DNA of 64,000 nucleotides from the NCBI GenBank assembly GCA_973895155.1, contig OZ316895.1, forward strand, positions 18,774,508-18,838,507. Reading direction: 5' to 3'. Shown here piece by piece: positions 36,811 to 51,140 of the stretch; positions within the stretch are counted from its first letter, which is position 1, and every line of letters begins with the position of its first letter. The notes beneath the pieces are model-generated. The model made no database searches. It was not told where the DNA came from and was given only the letters and a program-made list of their open reading frames with translations. The position numbers and the translations under genes are program-made. This DNA is from Marsupella aquatica. Lineage: Eukaryota; Plantae; Marchantiophyta.

Positions 36811-38230
36811 GTTGCATCATCCCTTAAGTAATTGCAAAAACACGGCTCCAAAGTGCTCATGGTGAAACAAGTGGTTGGAGAATAGTAAGTATAGTGTCCC
36901 GCACCTATTGGAAAGGTTGCCAGCTCCATGAAGGGCCCCATGGCAGTCTAGGGCCCACTTCCAGCCCTTAGCCCCAAACTGGTCATTTATGCTGGTTCAC
37001 AATGACACCATGAGGGGCCTCTGTAATGACCACATATGCAGTCATTTGGTCCAAATGACCGGCAATATGACTGCCCAAATTAGTCATTGGCTTCAATGAC
37101 ACACCATTACTCCAAAATGACCTAGTGAAGATTACACTACCTCTCAGAGTGGCCCCAAGAAAATCCTTAGCAATTTAATAGAATCTTCCTCACCCAAACG
37201 CCAACACAAAAATGACATAATTAAATAGAAGGACAACAACCTTCCACTGGTTTTGCACTAACTCTTAGAGAACGAGAAAACAACTGTTACTTAACTTTGA
37301 ATGTGGTGGTATACATCCATGGTGACACTTTTGGCAAATCACTCCAAAGCCGTATGCCTTGGGAGTGATTTCCCCAAGGTTCCATCATGCCTTAACAAAA
37401 TGCAAAAACATGGCTCCAAACTGTTCATGGTGCAACTAGTGGTTGGAGAATAGTGGGTATAGTACCCCGCACGTAGTGGAGAGGTTGCCACCTTCATGTA
37501 GGGCCCCATGGCACACTAGGGCCACCTTAAGCTCCTAGACCCAAAAGGGTCATTTCTGATGGTCCATAATGATACCATGAGGGACCTCTATAATGACCCC
37601 ATATGCAGTCATTTGGCACAAATGACCTCCAAAATGGCTATCAAAATGACCCTTACTGTAGTCTTGGCATTAATGACACTCTAAATTCCTCCAAATGACC
37701 CAATGAAGATTACAACACCTACTCACAATGCCCCGACACTATTCATATGCAAAATGGAGTATTCCCCATCCAAACACCGGCAGAAACATGACACGGTCCT
37801 AAACGTATGAGAACCTTCCATTGGTGTTGCGCGACTTCTTGGAGAGACAAAAAATGGCTTCATTTTCCTTCCAAACTGATGGTATGCATCCATGGAGACA
37901 CTTTTGGCAAATCACTCCAAAGTTGTATGACTTGGGAGTGATTTCCCCAAAGGTGCATCATGCCTTAAGTAAATGCAACATGTATCCAAAATGTTCATGG
38001 CACAACTAGTAGTTGGACAATGATGAGTATATAGTGTCCCCCACATAGTGGAGAGTTTCCCACCTCTATATAGGGCCCATGGCAAACTCAGGCCCACCTT
38101 AAGCTCGTAGGCCAAAAATGGTCATTTTTGCTGGTCCATAATGACACCATGAGGGATGTCTTGAATGACGACATCCCCGATCATTTGGTCAAAATGACCT
38201 CTAATATGATAGTCAACATTACCCTTACTA
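36811..38230. repeat. ~575-bp tandem repeat (right part)
   Basis: TATG(A/C)CTTGGGAGTGATTTCCCCAA at 37353 and 37926; in register with the 4990-6596 array. Confidence 0.82.
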
Positions 38231-38910
38231 TAGTCATAGACATTCTTCAATGACTCTACAATTATGACCAGTGTCCGTAATGATTGTACAATATTTTAAT
38301 CATTGATATATCCAGGATGCTTCAATGACTCTATAAGTAGTTATTTATGAAACAGTATATATCCTGATTTTTAGATTGACTCTACAAGTAGTCATTTATG
38401 AAACAAGTCCATAATGACTGTATGTTGCTATAAACACTGATATATCCTAATTCTTAGATTGACACTGGATTTAGTCATTTATGAGACAAGTTTGTAATGA
38501 CTGTATGTTATTGTAAACATTGATATCTATTGATTTTTTTATTGACCATAGCTTTAGTCATTTAGCACCGTCAGTTAAAATGACCAAAATAGGTTTTTGG
38601 TCATTTCAATCATTGTCCAAAATGACTACAATGGTGCAAAACACTGATTTATCATTGTTTTGATAGTTTATGTCATTTAAGACATTTGTCTAAATTGACC
38701 ATTTTAAGAAAATTGTGTCATTTTGGTCATATCAGTCATTACCGACATTTTACAAAATGACGCAAAATTGATCATTTTGTCATTTCAGTCTATTGGTCAT
38801 TTTGGACAATCATTCTCTGGTCATTCATTTTGTGTCATTGATGATTTAGGTCATTTATGCATTTCAGTCATTGGCCGGTTGGTCATAAAGGGCCATGTTC
38901 TCTTCTAGTG
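38230..38910. mobile_element. Right end of a canonical CACTA element with dense AATGAC/GTCATT subterminal repeats
   Basis: Ends ...TCTTCTAGTG (reverse complement CACTAGAAGA) at 38910 after many GTCATT motifs; abuts MULE-A transposase coding sequence; left end not found in the window. Confidence 0.7.
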
Positions 38911-40716
38911 ACGTAGCTGTCGAGTACACGCGTTCCCTCCAAGGAAAAGGAGTGGTTCACGTGAAGTTAGAGATGGAAGATGCACCAAGGGTATTCATCT
39001 ACTTTACGTCTGATGGCCAGGACTTATTCCCTAGATCTCAATTGCCGATCAATGTTAGGAACATCACAAGCGAAGAATCATGTCATTTGGCAAAGCAATC
39101 ATTTCCAATGCATCAGTGTAGTAGATCAACGGAGGACGTTCTTCTTGCGTCGAATAGTGGATGTGACAAGCTTCTAAAACCTCCTTCTCTTCCTGTCGTT
39201 TATAGAAGAAGCATAGTAGACGCCCTTTTGAAATCATCTGGTCAAAGTGAGCTATCTTGCTTTGTGCGATCAGAGACTTTCAAGCACGAGCAAGTAGAAT
39301 TACTTCCAAAAACTTACAACGACAATGTTATATTTGAGCTTCCACCTGTCGATTGTGTTGGTTCAAAGGGGAAGCGTCTCCTTAATATGGACCGGTCGAA
39401 GGATTGTTACCTGTGGACTCAAATTCTTCCTACTTCAGCCAATGTCCTGCTAAAGAAGATGTGGGAGTTTGGCAAAGTCAGTTGTAGTGGATCACTTGAA
39501 TGTCAAAACAAAGCCCGTGAGTTTTATATCAGAACCAGTGGTAGGAATTGTACGTCATGGGAAGGGACCCCCAAGTTAGGAGGCCAACATTGTCCAGGAA
39601 AGTTGATTGATGTAGGAGGGATTGTTTGTCGTTATTGTCTTCAACTCCCGTTCTGTTTGGACTCCTGTTCCACAAAAATGTTCTACATGTACCCACAAGT
39701 TTTACTGGATTCGGTGACAACGCAGGATATGTCACGCCTTGCCATCCATATGGGTGTCCATAACCATCCTTGTTGAAAGGTCTGGTCTAGAAGTTTGGAG
39801 ATAATAGCTGTCGAAGAGATTTGAAAAGAGCACTTGAAGAATCCTTCTTCCTTGACCTGTGTTCTTAAAAATGCCATCATTGGATCTTTGAAGGATTCAC
39901 TAGATGAATATGTTGATGATATTTCAAAGATGGAAGAGACTGAGATTTGGCAATCACTTATGCTTGTTTCAACTCTGCAGAAATTCTTTGCCTTGTTTAA
40001 GAGTGTCCAGGAAGATCAGGCGGGGCGAGGACACCTCAAATATCTAGTTTGAATGCAAAAAAATGTCAGGTTCCCGTTTGTTCAAAGGTATCTACTTCCT
40101 GGCAAGGCTGTAAGGAGGACCAAGCTCATATTTTCAAAATGACGATCAAAGGGCATGGATCCGGAGTAGATTTGCTACGACAAATGAAAAAGGGTGGACC
40201 CCTTGAAGGTGCATGGGTGAGTTTTGATGTCATGAAATGAATGTCTAAAGAATGGAGTACTTTTAGTGCCCATGTTTATGACCATAACTATCAAGCTTTA
40301 TGTACAATATTTACGTGTGAGCTGAAAGCGGAGGACACTGAATCTCTTGAGAAAGCCTAGAGATTAATGATTGAGGTTGCCTCAAAAAATGGGGTAGATG
40401 ATGTTCAAATTCATGGATTCATGGTTGATCAATAATGCTCAGTCAGGATGGCATGCAGTAAAAAATGTTTTCTTTGGAGGCCATCCAAATCCGGAGAAAG
40501 AGAGATCGGACGGTTTTCATATTTACCAATCTTTGCAACGCCATTCCATCAAAAGAGTGCTGGAAGACAAATGTTCTGAGCATTGCCTCCTCTGGGATAA
40601 GCTCAGAAATGCATCAACTTTTGTCGAAGCTTACAGGATTTCCCAAGAAATTGATTTATGGTGGAGATCTGGAAATTGCATTCCTGGAAAGCTTCGGATG
40701 CTGCAAGGATGGATCT

Positions 40717-41273
40717 GGTAATGGTAATGGTAATGGTAATGTATTATAAGCTCCGGGGCCATGAAAGTCAAAGGAGCTGCCACAAAAAGTAAAGTACAAT
40801 GCAATCAAAGAAAAGAGCAACCAAAAGAGATTGCTCAGAAGAGGACAACTATGTCCTCAAAGAAACTATGGACCTAGAGAGCCCTATGGACCTAGAGAGC
40901 CCTGAAAGATTTTCCAAACCTATTCTCCTTTCCCTATCCACCGCATAGATATATCTTCCAAGTTGCTGAGGGGGCAGACCAAACAATGCATACAAATCTT
41001 TCACCAAGATTTGAGATGCCATCCTAACCCCCTCATAAAACTTGCAAGCAATGAATACATGATATTCATTCTCTATACTAGAGCTATCACATAGTTGACA
41101 AACCCTCTTTTTCCTGTCAATATCCTTCCATCTCCCTTGTTCTACTTCAAGGTGGTGTGAGCTTAGTCTATACTGAGCAATAAGTTGTCTAAGTTGTACT
41201 GAGATAGTGCTAGATAAGTATTCTTGTTCTCGATATTTCTTCATGGGGTTCACATCTCTCATGTAGTATTGCT
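40717..41273 (-). mobile_element. 5'-truncated LINE copy with an 18-bp GLSRSI duplication
   Basis: (GTAATG)n tail; blunt insertion in MULE-A with CT microhomology. Confidence 0.94.
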
Positions 41274-42243
41274 TGGTGGGTTGTAAGATGGCAACAATGG
41301 GGAAATTTTATTAGACTTGTGAGTACCACCCTTTCCAATTCTATAATAGACTTCTACACTAGCGTCCAATGCTACTATTAAGACTCTTTTTCTTAATTCT
41401 CTCAGTGTTTTTGTCAGCGCCCGGTGCTACTTTAAATTTATAGGTATTGTTGAATAATACCAACATATCTTCCAAAAGTAATATTTGAGATTTGACCAAC
41501 TCATGTTGTCCTGCAGAGCAAAAGTGCACAAGAAGGAGGGGTGATTCCTAATTGCATTGGATCTGAGGCAGTTCATGGTATCATGAAAGCTTGGCAGGGG
41601 GTATAGCCACCGAGACAGGAAATAGGAAAACAGGAATTCTGGTAGCAGATTTTTTTTGCTATTCTCAGGAATATGTTGTTGTTACTAGGAAAAGTTAGTC
41701 ATTGGAACAGGATAATACTTCATTACTTCAAGCCAGATACATCTGAAAAAAATATGCATTGCGCTTCATTTACATTCTAGAGCTTAGAACCAACTAACAC
41801 GACAACAATTGTTGTCTGATGATAAGTGAGTCCGGAATCACCAACATACTTCTGGAAAATAGTGTCCCAAAAACCACAGACACACAACCATTAACCAGTG
41901 AATGCCACAGGAAAAAACATGACATGGTAGGTCCCACCATAAGTGAAAGGCAGAAAACCACAAATGAAAACTCCAGACAATTTGAGAGACCACCAACGAT
42001 GGGCTAGCGCCTGGCGCTAGCTAAAATGGAAACAACCAACACATTTAGAAAATGACATTGGATGAATGCAGAATGTGGCAAACAAAAATTTAAAATATCA
42101 TTTGTAGTGATAGGATTACAATGAAGTAAATGGTAATAAGGAAGACTTCCATCCCAGCGCCAGGCGCTAACACAAAACTATACCATTGTAATACGACAAA
42201 AACTAATATAACCGTTTCGAGTATAGGACAAATATATCCTTCT

Positions 42244-45200
42244 CTATAAACCATGAGCATTCTCCCTTTCCAAGATCAGTCGGACTTCTCCAACTGTGAG
42301 AATTTGTTGGCTGGTCAAAGTAGATTCCTCAACGTCTAGTTTGAAAACGGTCTGGAAAACCCAGTACAAATGTTTGCAAGGCATATATGGATGTCTGCGA
42401 GAATGTCGACGATAGAAATCCTCACAAGAACAAGTCGGGAAAATACAAATCTGCACAGTAACTATTTGGTGTCCTTAGATTCTCATGTGTTTGTACTTTG
42501 AATTGCTTCCCCCATGAGTTCCCAATAGAAACATCCCACTGTCCCTGGACGGACATGGTCTCTTTTCTTGCAGATTCAATCCTCTTCATGTGACCATGGG
42601 TCAAGGTCGATCGAGGAACCGTGTTCTTTCCATTCCGACTCCGGAGATGAACAGTGGATTTCCAAAAGATTGACTCTCTCTGGAAATAAGTTTACATTGA
42701 TTCAAAACTCAAAAAGTGATGGTGGAGGTAGAGGACCGTCTCTTCCTCGGGCTATAGGTATTCCCTGGTCAACAAGATACTTCATCTCAGCTTCCGAAAC
42801 ATTTGTTCCTTTTATAACAGGAAGAACATCAAGAAAGGAGGGTAGGTTCACTACACCACGACGGGGACGGCTCTGATAACATGTGTTGTTTGGGCAGAAC
42901 CATATCATTTCGGCTATGGGTTCCCCCCTGAACATGCGTTGTCCTTTGACAACAATTCCACGACACCGTTTGATGAGGGGAACCCAACTTTCTTCACTCT
43001 ATTTCGACACTCATCTCTCTCGGAACTACCGCCAAATGACGCGTTGCACTGTGGACCAGCCCCAAATCTTGATGTCTGACGCAGATGCCATGAACCCTGC
43101 ATGACTTATGTTTCAAGAACTGGAGATTGGAGCGATGTCTGTTGAAGTATAGTGGGAGCGCTTTGTGAGTATTGTGTTGAACGTGATTGATGTCGACCCT
43201 GCGATGTACTGAAATCATCACGTTTGCATCCCTCGAATCATCACTTCCTGAGAGATTGACAACGGGAATGTCATCAGGTTTTTCTTCCGATACGGAAGCA
43301 AACATTGTGTGGTGCAGATTTTTACGCTTGAGTGATCTGGTATTCGGCAATGTGATAAGGACTTTATCATGCCGGTGGGAGTCTTGTGGCGAGACAATCC
43401 CAATTGCAGGTCCTTTCCTCTTGACAGACTTTGTTAGAACATCTCCGTTGAGAGGAATCATTCTCTCCAAGTCAAACTCAGCTGCATTGGAGAGGAGCAT
43501 GTTCATCGCATCCTTGAACAGCTTTGGGGAACCTGCCTGGTCAGCTGAACGGAAAGCCAGTTTCCATATTGTAGGACCTCTTCCTCTACCCAATCCTTTC
43601 CGATATGCGGTATATGCTGCAACCTGAGATATAGCTCGATTCTGATCCATTTCACATGCCTCGAAGAGCCCCACTTTTTTTTTCATTACCCATGCTTTCA
43701 TTCCTGCGTGAACAGACTCTGATCCGGTACAGTTAGGAATCATAGCGCCTTCTTCAGCACTTTTGTCCTGGAATGACAAAGCATAAACACTAGTAAGAAT
43801 CCGCAAAACATACTAGCGCCAGGCGCTAGGCAAAACATTTCGACAAAACCATCAATATTATTGTGTAATCACATGTTTATGAAAATAAACAGGTCAATAT
43901 TGAGAATCAATTACATTATTTGGATTCTTTGGATGGAATGTTGAGGAATGTCATATGAAAAATGTACTTCTACAAAGGAATCTGACTTGCATATTACTAG
44001 CGCCAGGCGCTATTACTCACCAAGCAAATAAAATTTCCCAACTGCCTCCAACGCACGACCCACCATGATATCCAACTCTGAAGCATTCGGAGCTTCCCAG
44101 GTAAGCAGTTACCCGACTGCCACCATAGGTCAATCTCTCTTGAAAGTCGTTAAGCCTCTACAAATGTTGGTGCGTTCCGTAATTTATCCCATAGCATTTG
44201 ATGTTCCGCCTGCTTCTCTTCCAACACTCCTTCAACAGAATGGCGATGAAAAGCTTGGTAAAAATGAAAAGCGTCCATCCTCTCCCGTTCAGGGTTTGGG
44301 TGCCCTCCAAAAAAAACATTTTGGACTGCTAACCATCCGGCTTGGGCATTGTCTGCCATGAAGCCATGAATGGTTAGATTATCCAACCCATTCTCTTTGG
44401 AAACCTCAATCATTAATCTCTAAGCCTTCTTGAACGACGCCGCGTCCTCTGCTTTTAGCTCGCAAGTAAATATTGTACACAATGCACGGTAATTGTGATT
44501 GTAAACGTGTGCGTTGAAAGTCACCCAATCCTTGGTCATTCGTTTCATGACATCAAAGCTTACCCAGGCACCTTCAAGCATCCCTCCAGGTTGCATTTGC
44601 CGCAAAAGATCCACCCCAGACCCATGGCCTTTGGAAGTCATCTTAAATATGTGAGGTCTGTCTTCTTGAGATCCTTGACCTGGAAGGATGTACCTCTGTA
44701 GAAAAGGCATGTTGATATTCTTTTGATACCGAACAAGAAAATCCAACTCTCCACGGCCTTTCTGGTCCTGCCTAACACCCCTGAAAAGAGATGCAAACTT
44801 ATGTGGAATAGAAACTATAATTAGAGACTGGAAAATCTCTGTCTCTTCGATATCTTCAATCTCACCTAGGTTCTCACACAAAGACTGTACAAAAGATCCT
44901 GTCGCTACATTTTTAATCCCGGCAGGCGTCCAAGTCGGATTGCCTTCCAATTTATTTTTTATGACATCTTCAACTACCTTTTCCGCACTCCGGGAAAATA
45001 CCTTATGACAAGGATGGTTGTGGGTGCCCATATGAATTGCAAGGCAAGACATGTGACTACAAGTATCTGAGTCAAGCAGAACTTGAGGATACATATAAAA
45101 CAGTCTTGCAGAGCATGCCTCTACACAAAAAGGGAGCTGCTAGCAATAATGACAAACAACTCCACCCTGCTCAATGAACGATCCAACACGGCGAGAGCCT

Positions 45201-46006
45201 CCAAGTTTCGGGGTACCAGCCCATGCCTTTGCATTCCTCCTCTTCTTTCGGCGGAAGTAGTCACAAGTTTTATTCCTGCACTCAATAAATCCAGTACAAG
45301 TGACTTTACCAAATTCCCAGTATTTCTTGGGCTGCACGTTTGCAGTGGTAGGAAATATTCTAGTCCAGATGTAGCAATCCTTGGTTCGGTCCATGTCCCG
45401 TAGACGGGATCCTTTGGAAAGAATTCCTGACGATGGAGGCAACTCAAACACTATGTTTCCATTGTACTTCGGAGGCAAACAAGGTACTTGTTCATGCCAG
45501 AAGTTTCCAGCCAAAATGAACCTTGAAAGTTTGCTGGACCCAGTTGACTTGAGCAGCGCGTCCATTGCACTTCTCCGGTATACAATATGGGATTGCGACG
45601 ATGGCATCTCCTCTTTGACCAAGACCACGTCAGGCGCCGAAGGCTCCACAAAGGGGATCCTTGGTGGCTCCTCATCATCACTATCCGAAAGAGTAACTAC
45701 ATCCACCGGATCCCTCTGAGGGGATTGCCGATCTCCTTGATTTGGTTCCCGAACGACAATGGAGTAGCGCAACCAAACATTAAGGTGCCAAAATCTCACC
45801 CCGTCATCAACATCAAAAAGTGCGACAGATTTGAAGTCATTGGCTTCCGTTCCCTCCTGAACAATTGCCTCTATGTCATTCATGCGCAAATCAAACCTTC
45901 CACAAAGATAAACCTCACTTATTTGCCTGTTCCTTTTGGCCACAGACACTGGAATGAAAACAATGTCACCGGTGGACATACGGGTAACTACGATTGACTG
46001 AGACAT
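42244..46006 (-). pseudogene. MULE-B transposase (zinc finger, DDE, SWIM), one intron (about 43769-44020)
   Basis: C-x-G-x2-EC-x-N-x2-C...CHYC...HMGTHNHP; SFDVMK (D); FMADNAQA (D)...AFHFYQ; GSESVH (E); C-terminal SWIM PTCSCEDF...PCKHL. Confidence 0.85.
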
Positions 46007-47005
46007 CACAGAAGCCTCGAAAGCGAATGAGCACAGGAAAATTATGAATCGAAATTCCACCGACAAGGACTGTTATCAATCCTGACTAACATTTCCCTAA
46101 AGCCGTTATAATAAGACAATCCTCTGACACCATAAATGTATTTTGTCGTTATATCAACGTCATTTATGATCAACATCATTAACAATAAACGCCATTTAGG
46201 AAGAACCCTTTTGTTCTAGAAATATCAGATGATGAATAGCGCCAAGCGCTATTAAAAATATTGCAAAAGTAGAGGCCCATGCAGAGTCAATTTATGTGCA
46301 ACGCCTGGCGCTATTAATAACAATCCAAAAGGTTAGGGTCCATGTAACGTCAATTTATGTGTAGCGCCAGGCGCTAATAAAAGAAAATGACATAAAACAA
46401 ATTCCTAAAGGAGACACTGGATGATTAGCGCCAAGCGCTAATACTGATATCATTCATATTATGAACATATACAATGCTAAAAACTTGAAGTAGGAGCCTT
46501 CAAAAGGCTGAAAAGGCTTTGTTTTTTGCTAGCGCTGGGCGCTAGTTTTCTTTTGTATCAGAAATATGAGAAAACCGGATTTTTGGGAAAGTAATGGCGT
46601 ATTAACGCCTCTTATGGCTCTATATTGAATTCCCAACTGACATAAAAATTGAAGATTTTAGGCCTTGGAAATTACTAGCGCCGGGCGCTCTATTTGGTGA
46701 GTAAAAATGAATTCGATATATTCTCAGGTTTTCCTTTCAACGGTCATATTCAATGGTAACTATAGGTTGCGTGACCCTCAATACATTGATCCCCGTTGGT
46801 GTTGTCAAATAAGATAACGACATGTTTCACAGATCCAGGCCAGTGGTTCAGTTTCCTTAACGTATATGTCATGCTCTGTGCTCTAGATTCTTCTTATTTC
46901 CCATGTTAAGTACAGTACGATCGAAGCTGTTTGACGGGATTTTGCCGTTCGCGGTACGGAAAGAGCGCGGTGGTCGTCAGTACTTCCTTTGCCCTTGTGC
47001 GAGCA

Positions 47006-50000
47006 ATGGACCCTGTCTTATCCTCCTCTCAATGCTTTAGTGGAAACGGACACAGAGAGGTCGTTCCCTCACAAACATCTGAGTGCTCATTTTCAGGATC
47101 TGTGTATAGTCATCGAGTGACTCGATCCACTGCTTTGCGAGCTCCTGAAGCACAACCCGTTGTATCGTTCCCAAATAGCAAGAGAGGGAAGATGAATGAT
47201 TTTGATTTGTTTGCTGTGGAGGACTTTGGAGAGACGTCGTTGACTGTTTACGATGTGATCTCCAAACACATTATGTCATTTGGAAAAGATTTCCGAGGAC
47301 ATGACAAGGATCCGCCAAGGATTCCAATGTGCCGACTACTTCATATGGAAGTAGTGCGGATATTACAGAAGGGAAGTCCTTCGATAGAGAAGTCGAAAGA
47401 CTCCTTTCAGAGCACAGGATACAATTCTAAGATCGACATGTTGTTTTACGTCCAACCAACAGATTCCAATGGAGAAGTCCAGATCTGCATGCCAGAGATT
47501 CGTGCTTCCTGGGATGCAATGTGGGTCGCAAAGAACAAAAAGTTTGAGGCGGAATGTGCTGGAAACCCTGACTTCTCCATCTTGCAGGATAAGATGTTTT
47601 CTATGTTTGATGGAAACCATCGACTCTACGCATGGTCCATCGTCACGAAAGAGAATCCGGATGATGTGAAATACCATCCTCGCGTCTAGTGCACAATATT
47701 CAAGGGAGAAAAGGGGTCCTTGATCGAGATTGAGGCGGCGATGCACACTATTAACCAGTAAGTGTCTCTTCCAATATATTTCTATTCTAATCTATGATCA
47801 CAATGTTTCACTAGCACCGGGGGCTACTAACTCCCTCTCTCATTTTCAGGTTTGGGCAGGCAGTGGTCGAACCCTCTTGGATACTTGATGCAGACCGTAT
47901 CAACCGAATTCTCTCAAATGAACTCGATTACTACAAGTCTATCATTGACGCTGCAAACTTCAAGAAGTTTGGGCAGATCATGCAGAAAACACGGAAGGGA
48001 TCGTGGTATACGAAAAAAATGCCTCAAGAAGCGCTTCTGTACATCTTGTGTGAGAATAAGATCAAGTCTTATTCTCGACAGTTTAAGATGGATCCGGAAC
48101 ATACTGCCGCTCAGGGTACACCTTGGTCTCCCGGAGAGATTTCAAAAAGACATGCAACGATGATGAAGGAGGCAACAAAGGATTGGGCAATAAAGGTGTC
48201 AAAAATCACTCCTTTGTTAAGCCCCGCTTTTGAGGATTTCATGCGTACATGTGCTGAGATGTACCCCCTCACAGAGAAGAATAAGAGAGAGAAGAAGCTG
48301 GATGTAGTTGTCTATACAATGGATCAAGCAAGAATTGTTTACCGCTGTCTCTGCCCGCGACCCCAAGCTGAGGAGTACCATTCTGGTTGTCCATTGTACA
48401 TCGGAGCTGAGGAAACAATTCTTCCATCCACAGAGCGTTAATGATGATCTAGTGAAGCAATGGTGCCATACCTGGCAAACTTGGAACACTGTGGAGGGAA
48501 TTGCTATTGGTTTGCTGCAAACCTCCCTACGCCAGGTCAGTGATATAGTCCCCGCCAATCAGTTGCAGGAGTGGGAGTGTGAGTTGATTGAATCGCTTAT
48601 TGAAATAGTCTCAAATGACTTCAAGAAATTTGGAGACGCTGTGAAAGGCAAGTTTTTTAATACAATGTGGCCTTCCAAGTATCCTGACAAGGCTGACTAC
48701 ACCCTCAAGAATCAGAAGAGGGCCAAACGATACCTGTATCGTTTCTTCATGCACATGGAGATTGTGAAGCCAAATTACTTTTGGGCATACCTTGCTGCTT
48801 TCCAAAAGTGGATCGTTGTTCCCGAAGGAGACATACTGGCCGACGTATATTCAATGTATCCCGCTGAAGGGTGTCTTCCACCAAGGAAACTATCAGAATG
48901 GGAGAGAATTCATTGTCCTTGGTATTTGGATACCAATAGATGGGACTCTCCATTCGGAGACACTGAGAAAGACGCATTTCATAAGCTTTCAAAGTCTCAA
49001 GTCCCTCCCAAGTTTGTGTCCGACATGAAGCAGGGAATCAAAGGTGATGTGAGCAAGTCGGCGGCAGAATTGCAAACGGTGTGCGAAACTACGGTTGTTC
49101 ATGTTGACCAAAGTCGCAAACCCAGAGCCAAAGCAAAAACCGAAGCTGCGGCACCGAGTACATCAACGCGGTCTGCCAAAAAATGTAAGTTGTCATTCAG
49201 CTTGTAGCTTCACATTTTGGTTAGCGCCAGGCACTGCTATATGACTATGTCTATTGGTTTGTTTTTTCAATTGGTTTGGACAGCGCCTGGCGCTATTATT
49301 CAGCATTGAATAAATTCTGCTCTTTTTCCTCTAGGTGGGAGAAAGTCTGACGCTGCAACCGACGAAACAAAAGTAGATGCCACTCCGGAGCCTTCCGAAG
49401 CCAATACCGGTGCCCAATCAGACCCAATAACTCCAATTGACAAAGCGAAAGAGATCGTCCCTCTTGATGCAACCAGTACAAAGAAGAAGAAGAAAAGGGC
49501 AATTCAAGCTGGAGAATCTTCCAGAGATGATGCCGCTGGAACTGGTGTTCAGAGAGATGTGGGAACCTTCAAGAGAAAATCTTCTAGGCATTGCATGGTG
49601 GAAACAAGTATCCAAGAATTTATTGATACTGCTTTCAACAAAGCAGCAAAACCAGATTGGGTGACTGATGCAGAGAAATGGGGAAAGGACTTAATCAAGT
49701 CAGGTTCCCGAGAAAAGGGAGTAATCAGAGGAGGAAAAGAAAGATCGTTTGGTGTCAATGCAGGATTCATCTATCTTCCTACTGGACTTAAACCTACGCT
49801 CATGGACCGTCGGGTTCCAAAGTGGAATGTACCAGACCACACAGTTCCCAATTCTTTCTTCAAAGCGATGGACCCTTTCCTTTCTGATGATGGCATGCTT
49901 GCGATCTTGTATTCAGATGCCCATGACCAGGTCTCTCAGGTCATTTCAGCATGCTAGCAGTCAAAAAAAGTTCCATTTTGTCAATTCTCACAATGTCGTC

Positions 50001-51140
50001 ATGTCTATGCCCATGTATAGAGCAAAGACCAATATTTAGGTACAGATCATTGCATCTCTTGTTTATTGTTAGCGCCCGACACTAATTTAGTCTTTGCTGT
50101 AGTTCTCGAAACATTACCCGTCGGTTGATAATTTGAGCCAAACGTGTGCGATGCGTGCAGGTATTTATCCTTAGGCTAGACATATTTTGTCGGACTTCTT
50201 CAAAAGGAAAGGTACCAAAGGATCCAAGGTTTAAGCCTCTATCAATAAGTGAAGATCCTTCGATCTCTAACTTGATTGGGCTCCCAACCTTGAAGACAAA
50301 TCATTGCCCGGAGTTGGATTTTGCAGGGAACGCCTGTCTTTCGGTTGGTTTTATGCAGTCAGTGATAGAGCTTTTTACTCTTCCTGGAGATATTGTCCTT
50401 GACTGGACTGTAGGTTCAGGAAGCACATTCATAGCTGGTGATTTTTCTGGTCGTTCGTGATTGGGTTGGAAAATAGGCATGAGTTTGTTGAGACCGCATC
50501 AAGGGTTTTCTTAGAACTTCTTGATCCCAAGCATGTTCCAATATTGCCTCCTCCCGCGACCAATTTAAGTGGTCGCAAAAAGAAAGATAGGCTCCGATCT
50601 GTTCTCAATTTTGATTCCAACAAAGAGGAAGGTACCTATGGAGACGTCGGAGATGACACAGAGAAAACCCAGGAGGAAGATTCTTTGGAGAAGAGCGAAG
50701 ACTCAAACGAGTAATGTTCTTCCAATAAGCTTCTTTATCCTTTCAAGTGTTGTTGACAATTTTGTGTTCTTGCTCTCTTATCTCCTAAACTCATATTTTT
50801 TTCCGTTTTACTAGATCAGGTCAGAATGGAATCTGAGGAAGCGTTTCCAACTCCGGAGGAGACTAGCTAGGAATGTAATTGTCACTCCTGAGAAGCCGTT
50901 TGTTTTGCCCTCATACGCTGAAAATGCCGCTAGGAGGGTTGAGAAAATTAGAACACTTTGTTGGGAAACAAAGGTCTACGTCTTTAGAGGGGAGCAGACA
51001 GGAAATTCATGAGGAACCCTTATATAGATGATGTTTCCCGAAGCAAGTACATTGATGACGAAGCCGAGTCCACGGACAGATCTGAAAGCTCCGCATCAGA
51101 AACATCTGGTAGTTTATAGGTAGCAATGGGGTTTTCTTCA
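47006..51140 (+). pseudogene. ParB/Srx-like domain + helical region + beta-class N4C/N6A DNA methyltransferase-like fusion gene (about 5 exons, with stops and frameshifts)
   Basis: Exon 1: RIPMCRL...VVR...FDGNHRLYAW. Exon 4: SVGFMQSVIELFTLPGDIVLDWTVGSGSTFIAGDFSGRSVIGLE...FVETA. Exon 3: AGFIYLPTG and FLSDDG. GT-AG introns at 47758-47849, 49185-49334, 50040-50160 and 50711-50814. Confidence 0.78.

Noticed and set aside
42244-46006. Zisupton/KDZ transposase (SWIM domain with Ulp1 nearby)
   Set aside because: The core motifs FMAD...A...AV..VF...FH and the downstream SES-x-H fit the MULE DDE domain better.
47006-51140. Bacterial or phage contamination explaining the ParB-methyltransferase
   Set aside because: The gene has GT-AG introns, the first at a position shared by two copies, and lies inside a TSD-flanked eukaryotic MULE.
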